64,000 bases of DNA from Chrysomallon squamiferum (Eukaryota > Animalia > Mollusca). Positions 53,640 to 64,000 of this stretch are shown here, one piece after another. The notes beneath the pieces were generated by a model that was not told the DNA's origin, did no database searches, and worked only from the letters and a program-made list of their open reading frames with translations. The DNA is taken from positions 29,760,001 to 29,824,000 of the forward strand of contig CM022672.1 in the NCBI GenBank assembly GCA_012295275.1, written 5' to 3'. The number at the start of each line of letters is the position of its first letter. The stretch's first letter is position 1. The translations under genes were made by a program, and so were the position numbers.

Positions 53640-54432
53640 ATTCTTATTGTATCATTGTACACAAGATTGGATTGTTAAATCATCATATTCGAACATAAAT
53701 ATACATTGTTATATAGTATAAACACATATCGTGTTAAATAACGATACTGCAACATAAATATATCTTGTTATATTGCAGAAAGACTGGAAATATAAATACA
53801 TATTGTTATATTGTACAAAGGTTTATCAGGTTAATTAACCATACTAGAACATAGGTGTGTATTGTTGGGTTGAACCAAAATGTATCATGTTAAATAACGA
53901 TACAAAGGTTCATCGTGTTAATTCACAATACTGGAATATAAGTACATATTGTTACATTGTACAAATCTTCTTTGTGTTAAATAAGGATACTGGAACACAG
54001 ATATATATTGTTGTCTTGTAAAAACACTATCGTTTTAAATCACCATCTCGTACAAAGACTTGTCGTGTTGTACAAAGTCTTATCGTGTTAAATAAGCATA
54101 CTGGAACATAAATATATATTGATATATTGTATACAAAAATCATCCTGTTATATAACCACTGAGTAGCATATAAATAAGTTTCATAAAGTTAAATAACCAT
54201 AGTGGAACATAGATACATATTGTTATATTGTACAAAAGTTAACCATACTCGAATATAAATATATACTGTTACAAGTAAATAACGATAGAAAGGTTTATCG
54301 TGTTAATTCATCATACTGGGATATAAATATATATTGTTACATTGTACAAATGTTCATAGTGCTGAATAAGGATACTGGAACGCAGATATGTATTGTAAAA
54401 ACACTATCGTGTTAAAAGACCACACCGTAACA
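53640..54432 (+). repeat. ~59-bp imperfect tandem minisatellite
   Basis: Recurrent aacataaatatatattgttatattgtacaaagg...atcgtgttaaataacgatactgg; the period measured from 53692 to 53751 is 59. Confidence 0.85.
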
Positions 54433-54440
54433 TAGATAAA

Positions 54441-55103
54441 CTGTGGTGCCTTGACTTCCGGCTGTGCCAGATTACGAGTTTTCCGATTCTCTGCATTGGA
54501 TTCCGAACCCAAATCGAGTTACGAACGACATTCAGATACGCCGTCGGTAGTTGGCAAAACTAAGAACAAAACATCCGGCCAGCATCTCGCGTTTCACTCG
54601 TTTCCTTGACGTGGTGATCTCGCCGTTAAAGCATCTGTGTTGTGTTGTGCTCGCGATTTGTGCAGTGTTTTGCCAAACCTCCTTTTTCTGACTATGGATC
54701 CTACGAAAGTGAGTGCAAAATATAGTGCTGAAAAGACTTAGCAAGGCAGTACAAGCTTAGTGCTTCTACGATATGTACCACGAAGCACACGTGGATAAAG
54801 GCTATAACTCTGGTCAAAGGCGTTCAAATAATGTCTTATCTCCGAGATAAATACACTTTACAAAGCCAATCTATTTGTTTACATCCTCTTTTCATTGTTT
54901 TTTATGCAATATTTCTCGTTTATAAATACATTTTTTCTTAGTTAAAAACACGTTATAAACAATTGGGGTGGTTTTGTCGGAGCTGGAACGGATTAACGGT
55001 ATTTTAGTTAATTTCATTTGAGAAAACTGATTTGATATACGAACAAATTGAGTTACGAGGTCTCTCACTGAACGAGTTAAACTCTTAAGTCAAGGTACCA
55101 CTG
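54441..55103 (+). mobile_element. Tigger/pogo non-autonomous deletion derivative
   Basis: TIRs ctgtggtgccttgactt / aagtcaaggtaccactg followed by TA. It retains the start of the transposase (MDPTKVSAKYSAEK) and is the reverse-complement homologue of 58961-59680. Confidence 0.85.
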
Positions 55104-55183
55104 TATTTAGAAATTAAGAACTTAAATGAAACAACAATAGCAAAAACAACAACACAAAATGAGATAATGATAATAAAAATAAA

Positions 55184-55225
<42 letters not shown>

Positions 55226-55286
55226 TATAATAATAATAAAACCAATTCAGATAGATAAAGAACATATACATATATTTACATTTTTC

Positions 55287-56518
55287 TTAGTTTTGCTTAG
55301 ACTTTGAATCTTCACTTCTGGTTTTACTTTCGCCATGATGATCCTTCAGCATTTTTAGATGATACTGCCTACCAAGTTCAACCAACGGAATCTCTTCCAT
55401 TGTCATAAGTCTGCAGTCTGTGGCGGTCACGTCAAATTTCGGACTCCACTTGCTTTCCTTCACGTGCAAGCGTTCACTCTCGTTTAATTTACGTGAACAG
55501 AAGGTACGCACCTGGCGACGAATTGTTTGGAATGTGTGAACTTCATCGAAGAAATTAGGTCCGTGTTCGAAAACCTTACGCCAGAACAATTTGTAAAAAT
55601 GATTGTAAACTGCATAGTCAACCCGTGCAAATTTTTGATGCCGATAGCGATCTTCGGGTGAAAAATAATAATCTTGTTTTTTCAAAGCGTTTGCTGTGAT
55701 GTAAATAATGTCTTTCATTTTCCAGCATAGAACGCGACGAAGTAGTACAACAGATTCATCGAAATATTCTACAATTAAAACAAGATCAAGGTCATCTCTA
55801 ACTGTTTTATGAACCTCAAATAATCAGCTTCATAAGAGTTTTTCAGTTTGCTTGGATCGTAACCCAAATCTACAGACATTCGGTTATTGGTAAATGAATA
55901 CACTGGGTTACTGGGTTCGTGTAAAAGTGGATTCTGTAGGTAAGTTGATATTGGATTTTCAGCAGTTATTTTCACTAGATAAGATGTTGGGTATACAGTC
56001 TTATAGTACATGAATGCTGAAACCATCTGATCAAATGGATCACGTAACACTGCTATATATTTGGTATCTAAAGGAAAGTAGTTTGATATCACTTGTTTGT
56101 TAAAGATCACGTGATTACACAGTATGTCATATTTTCCATTGTGAACCGGTGGAAGTACATCTGTGGATAAAAGAGTTCGAGTTTGGCTGATCACATTTCT
56201 ATTTCGAGGAGTAGCAAAAGTCAGGTTCCGTGAAAGACCGAAACGAACAATAATATTCATAATAGTTGTACTGGCAGCTTTGTGCACCTTAATGAACACA
56301 ACGTGCCGAACATCAGAACTGTTTTCTCTTGTTGTGATACTGCAAAAATTGGACTGTCGAGTTATTAAGCCTATAGAAGAAAGTTCTTCTTTGAAAGATA
56401 ACGCTAAAAATGCTGATTTGTTGTATCCAATGAGTAAAACGAATAATATACATCCGACGGCGGCTAAGATGCCATTTGTCAAGCTGAAATACATAAAAAA
56501 AAAAAATAAAAAAAAAAA

Positions 56519-56568
<50 letters not shown>

Positions 56569-57448
56569 CAACAACAACAACAACAAAATTTAAAATAAAT
56601 AAATAAAATAAAACTGAATTTTATTGTTTTCTAAGAAGGAACCATGCGGAAACATGGGCAAGATAGACTCATACAAGCAGCGATCACATTAACTCATGAC
56701 TGACACACACACGCACGCACACGATCATTTACACAAGGAACATGAAAAAAAAACACTCATACACAGGTATGTTACCCTCACATACATACACATACATACA
56801 CACACTCAAACATAATGCACAAAACCATTCACAAACGGGCATGCAGATGCAGTTAAAAAGCGAAGATACTCTCTATCTGCCCTGATAATAAATGTTACTA
56901 ATTTAATATTAACTGATAAAGAATTAAAATCAGGTTATTATTACTAAATCATGGAGTATAATTAGTAACGTTTACAATTTTTCTAACAATATCTAATACG
57001 TTTTCAAATAAAGTCTGTAATGACGGCGATCTTCATAAACGAGATCTTATAGCGCCAGTTGATCTAATAACAACATTATTTCATATAATTTGTTGTTTAT
57101 TTTTCTTCTTTTTTTATGAATGAGATAGCAAAACATTTCGCCAACGAATTATAAATGAGTCAACATATACAACCATATGTGCACAGATAGAAGATTTCAG
57201 AGAAACAGACATATACGTGTAAAACATGTAAGTAAACATAAACTGAAATCATGAGTGTAAAGAAGAAGAAGAAGAAGAAGAAGAAACAATAATAATAAAA
57301 AATAATAATTTCTTTAGTAATGAATTACTGTCCTGTAGGGCATTGGAATATCTTCAGTTTAAATACCTGATACAATTAAAAAGTATCAATAATGTAAAAA
57401 TATGAAAATAATAATTTACCGTGATCGGCAAAAATGACGAAACACCAT
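55287..57448 (-). CDS. Galactose-3-O-sulfotransferase (GAL3ST/cerebroside sulfotransferase family), type II Golgi membrane protein; coding exons 57420-57448 and 55287-56483; one 1-bp frameshift at ~55797
   Basis: MVFRHFCRSR|LTNGILAAVGCILFVLLIG signal anchor; 5'-PSB FIKVHKAASTT; YDILCNH; 3'-PB LRDPFDQMVSAF; DLVLIVEYFDESVVLLRRVLCW; DYAVYNHF. The GT-AG intron 56484-57419 is in phase. Confidence 0.88.
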
Positions 57449-58212
57449 CTTCCACTACTTTGGCACCTGAAAATAAATATTATGTCATAAGAAAAAAATG
57501 TATACCTCTATTTCAGATTATTTACATCTGCCGAGCAAACGATGTATCAGACATTGAATGATGAATGAACACCCGAACAAACAATCAGTGAATGAGTAAA
57601 CAGTGATCAAATAAAGAACAAATTAAAGCTGGATAATTAATTATTAGCTGTAAATAATATGTTAGTTTGTGTATTAATTTTATTTTTTATTTTGTTACTG
57701 TTGTAGTGATGATATGCAATAAAAATCCTGTTCATAACACTTTCATCGATAGCGATATGGATCATCAAGAAAATATATCTTTACCATCAATACTCTGGAT
57801 AAACCAGTTTGCTGTGATGTATTCTGTTACTTTTAGCTATGTAACAAAAGTACTATGCAGTGAAACTCAGGACGAAATACAGAGAAGACTATTGGAAGAA
57901 GTGGCTGACGTTTCAGGGTTGCCTGATTTATTAAGATAATGTTTTGACAGATTACAATATTTTTATATATTTTGCAAAGGCCAATTATATCTGTCAGTGA
58001 AAAGTAAACATTTTGTGTGAAATATATCGTGACAGATCTAAATGATCAGTTCCATGTATATAACTGAAGCATTCTAATAATGCAACATCTCATATTGCAC
58101 CAATGAGGGCTGGATTCTCAAATAACTAAAACTTAGTAGAGATACTTAGGAAATATCTATCTATCGTATGTTTGCATGATAGTACGAGTGATACAGAGAT
58201 TCTGTAGCAAAA
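56228..58212 (+). repeat. Local duplication, copy B (matches 42921-44940)
   Basis: Direct sequence comparison. Confidence 0.95.
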
Positions 58213-58229
58213 CTTTCCACAACGTTCAC

Positions 58230-58802
58230 AACATGTGACGTCATTCAGTGGGATCATAGATGGAGAAACGCTTTGTAAAGTTTTTTTTCAAAAACTATTT
58301 CATTAATATTATTTCCCGAGCTAAGAAATTGTCAAGACATTTAACATTATAATGTTTCCGTTCTTGCTGTTGGATCTCTGTCTATTTGTCTGTGTGTCCA
58401 ACTATCTTTCTCAATTTTATTTCTGACCATTACTTTCTACAAGTCTCAGTACCGGCCCTGTCACCCTCCTCTTAGATTATTGTGAATGAGTCCCTTGTTC
58501 GAACTAACCTGAGCGTGCACAGTAAACAAAACACAAACATAATCTCTAATCCCACTGAGGTATTAAATTTAATATGTAGTCACGATTTTAGTATTTCGAG
58601 TAATTTAATTTATTTGTTTATTTCTGTTTTCCTTTACTTATTATCAACATCAAATCAATATATCACAATAATAACTTTATTTATGTAGTGATGTATAATA
58701 TTTATGTTCGTTGTTTGCACGTGTGAATAAGACAGGGATACATAAGTACATAATTTATATAGATATCGAAGTTGTTGTTATTGTTCATGTTATGCTAAAA
58801 CT
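58230..58802 (+). repeat. Direct repeat of ~60080-60655 (partial third copy at 62286-62352)
   Basis: Near-identical sequence; the ORF track gives the same 68-aa translation at 58482 and 60334 with one difference. Confidence 0.93.
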
Positions 58803-58960
58803 ATTTATTTATTTGTTTATGTTTGAATTATTTTATTTATTCCAATGCTTTCCTTGATTTATTATCAACATCGAATCAATATATCATAATAATAACTTTA
58901 TTTGTGTAGTGATGTATAACATTTATGTTCGTTGTTTGCACGTAAATCTTACTTCATATA

Positions 58961-59680
58961 CACAAGTACCTTAACAGCGAGTTTAATTCGTTCCGTGTCC
59001 CAGCCCGTAACTCAATTTGCTTGTATATCAAATCAATTTTTCCAAATGAAATTAATTGAAATACCATTAATCCGTTCCAGCCCCGAAAACCACCCAACTT
59101 TTTGGTAACTTGTTTTTAAATAAGAACAATGTATTTATAAATGATAAATGCTGTATAAAAACAAAATAAAAGATAATATAAAGAAATAAATTGCTTTTGT
59201 AAAATGTATTTATCTTGGAGATCGGACTAATTATTTTAACGCTTTTGGCTGGAGTTCAAGCCTTTATCGTCTCCTTCTGCTTCAGTATGGTACATATCGT
59301 AGAAGTACAACGCTCGTACTGCCTAGACAAGTCGTCTAAACGCACACCTCTCTCATGTTTGTCTATGATTTCATGCTTTAATTCAATGGACATCATCCAC
59401 TTCTTCTTCTTAGCACTGTCCTTTGCACTCACTTTCTTACGATCCATGGTAAGAAAAACGAAATTTGGCAAAATACAGCACAAAACGCGAGCACAGCGCA
59501 ACGTGAAGTAAACGAGTTACTCGCGCGATGCTGGCCGGATGTTGTATTGTTCGTTGCGCCAATTGGCGGCGGCGTATCTGAAGGTCGCTCGTAACTCGGA
59601 TTTTGGCTTGCAATTCAAAGGAAAAATTCGATCAATCGACTGCTGGTATCTCAGAACACTCGTAAGTCAAGGTACCACTG
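58961..59680 (-). mobile_element. Tigger/pogo non-autonomous deletion derivative with CENP-B-type N-terminal HTH
   Basis: The terminal aagtcaaggtaccactg+TA is intact and the left TIR is degraded (TA cacaagtacctt). The ORF MDRKKVSAKDSAKKKKWMMSIELKHEIIDKHERGVRLDDLSRQYERCTSTICTILK is a Tigger-type DNA-binding domain. Confidence 0.88.
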
Positions 59681-60079
59681 TATTTATATATCGAAGTTGT
59701 TATTTTCTTGTTATGTTAAACTTCGTGTGCGTGTGTGCGTGTGTGCGTGAGTGTGTGCGGACATGTGTGTGAAAGTTATTTGTATTGTAAACTGTTTTAG
59801 ATAGATGATGTCACAATATTTATTTTCAGCACTTTAAACATCATATCTCTGTGCTTATAGGTTATGAAGTGTTAGAAAACTGAAATTAAATTGAACATAT
59901 AAATAAATAAATCAGTAAATAAAAACATTTGCTATAGTATTGCAACGCCCTTAATTAACAATTAAATTATCTAGCATTCGTAGTAATAGTAAGAACAGTA
60001 TAGTCATATTCATGAACTAATTAATTAATAACATAACCGATCATAGTTTACAGTTTTGTAAGAAAACTGTCGACAACTT

Positions 60080-60830
60080 TAACATATTGTGACGTCATTC
60101 AGTTGGAGTATAGCAGGAATAAAGTTTTGTAAAGTTATTTTAATAACTATTTCATTAATGTTATTTCCCGAGCTAAGAAATTGTCAATACATTTAACACT
60201 ATAATGTTTCCGTTCTTGCTGTTGGATCTCTGTCTATATGTCTGTGTGTCCAACTATCTTTCTCAATTTTATTTCTGACCATTAATTTCTACAAGTCTCA
60301 GTATCGGACCTGTCACCCTCCTCTTAGATTATTGTGAATGAGTCCCTTGTTCGAACTAACCTGAGCGTGCTCAGTAAACAAAACACAAACATAATCTCTA
60401 ATCCCACTGAGGTATTAAATTTAATATGTAGTCACGATTTTAGTATTTCGAGTAATTTAATTTATTTGTTTATTTCTGTTTTCCTTTACTTATTATCAAC
60501 ATCAAATCAATATATCACAATAATAACTTTATTTATGTAGTGATGTATAATATTTATGTTCGTTGTTTGCACGTGTGAATAAGACAGGGATACATAAATA
60601 CATAATTTATATAGATATTGAAGTTGTTGTTATTGTTCATGTTATGCTAAAACTCGTGTGTGTGTGTGTGTGTGTGATTGTGTGTGTGTGTGTGTGTGAA
60701 AGTGATTTGTATTGTACGCTATTTTATAAAGATGACGTCACATTATTTATTCTTAGCACATATATATCTGCTTACATGTTACGAAGTGTTAGAAAATTAA
60801 AATTAAATCGAACATATAAAACAAACATAT
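60080..60830 (+). repeat. Second copy of the 58.2-kb repeat plus a module also found at 59690-59900 and 62029-62221
   Basis: Shared ...gaagttgtt...gaaagtgatttgtattgt...ttagaaaa(c/t)t(g/a)aaattaa module. Confidence 0.85.
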
Positions 60831-62401
60831 AAATAAATAAATAAATAAATAACCACCTCAAAATAAAGTAAATTGAAATAGAACAGGATAATAAAAATTG
60901 AAGTCAAATAAAATGGTTTAAAATAAAGTGTTGAATAGATATTAATAAAATACATTAAAAAAGAGTAAAATAAAATACAAATATGGATTGACAATATTTA
61001 CTTTTCATTAACTTTTAGATAACTTTTATATAAGCTCTCGTTGTATAACAATATAAAAATAAACTATTATATTGTGTAATGTTATTTCTTTTATATATTT
61101 CAGTACTGCTATGATAACGGTACGTTATAGCCTTTATACTGATAAGGCGAAATATGATCTCTCACTCTGTCAAACTGTGTGATATTCGTAATTAGATACC
61201 ATATTATTTTGCTGCAAACAAGCATATTTGCACACAAAAAAAAATGTCCTAACCCAAACGTCGAATATTCTTCAACGGAAGAAAACATTGAAATGATCAG
61301 AACGGATATTTTTGCAGAAGTAACGAACATTCAAAGATTATAAAAACAAAAAAATCCACATTACCCTCACCTGTAATTTTCACCTGTAGACGACAGAAGC
61401 ACAGATTAACACTTGATGATCCAAAATATACATAGCAATGAGCTCAGAAAACATCTATTTATATTTCAGCGCGTGATTTTATTTTCTACGGAAAGCCGTC
61501 TTTGACATTTTTTACCCACTGACTTTTCACATAGAAGATTTACGTAACTGGGGTATGAAACGACAAATTGTCATTTTAAGAAAATTAGTATTTTGTTGGC
61601 ACATTGTCATGTTTCTATTAAAAGGCAGATAACTACTAGAGCTGTTTGAATTTTCCTGATGTTATTATGAATATCCATTACAAGCCTGTTTGTCATATAT
61701 GTTTTCTTTTTTTTCTATTTGTTATACTTAGATTACAATTTTGTACATCAGCATTTTACACTGATTTAGTTTCATATTTTTTCTTTCTTATCATTTTTAC
61801 CCTTTTATTATTTTGGTGTTATCCTGGGGTTTTGGTTTAGAGTCTAGCCATGTGAATCTTGGTGTTAACATATTGTTATCGGTTCTAAGTAATCCTCTGA
61901 CTCATTTTCTCTGATTGCACGAGAGTCGTACAATCGTCAACGTCGTTTGCATTAACGTAAAGTCGATCATGACATTTGAATGTTGTAACTTTATTTCCAT
62001 TATTTATAAGTCTCCCCCCACACACATATATCGAAGTTATTGTTAACGTTATGTTAAACATCGTGTGCGCGCGTGTGTGAATGCTTGTGTGTGAAAGTGA
62101 TTTGTATTGTAAGCTATTTTTGAAAGATGACGTTACAGTATTATTCCTAGCACTTTAAACGTTATATCTCTCTGTTTATAGGTTACGAATTGTTAGAAAA
62201 CTGAAATTAAGTCGAACATATTAATAAATAATTAAAGTAAATAAAACAAAATGAAACATAAATATGTGGTTTTCTTCCTTATCCTAGTACCGGCCCTGTG
62301 CCCCTCCTCTGTGATTATTGTGAATCAGTCCTTGTTCAAACTCAAGCGTGCAGAGAAAAGGAAACATGAAATTTGATTTAACAGTATTATTTAAAACTCG
62401 T

Positions 62402-64000
<1,599 letters not shown>

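Noticed and set aside
58482-60540. Duplicated 68-aa ORF as a small gene
   Set aside because: Non-ATG start and no domain; its identity simply reflects the recent local duplication.

Overview
AT-rich, microsatellite-rich, intron-containing animal (invertebrate-like) genomic DNA. There are two host loci. The first is a spliced sacsin-like gene on the + strand (~15.7-34.6 kb, ~4,330 aa by my exon model, with three GHKL/Hsp90-like sacsin repeats, a J domain and HEPN). The second is a galactose-3-O-sulfotransferase (GAL3ST-like) gene on the - strand (55.3-57.4 kb), with a 3'-truncated duplicate at 42.9-44.1 kb. Mobile DNA includes a decayed Gypsy-type LTR element with readable LTRs, PBS and PPT (1.1-4.3 kb), a near full-length Tx1-clade non-LTR retrotransposon (5.4-10.8 kb), a hAT fossil, Tc1 fossils, two Tigger/pogo deletion derivatives and LINE fragments. 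The most unusual structure is the 5' junction of the Tx1 element: it carries U2 snRNA nt 1-19 in its own sense, placed head-to-head with a U2 pseudogene that starts at nt 14, so CTTTTG (U2 nt 14-19) is present twice. The first ~1.6 kb of the window recurs at 62.4-64.0 kb, which suggests a ~62.4 kb segmental or tandem duplication unit. All calls come from reading the sequence by eye; no database searches were run.
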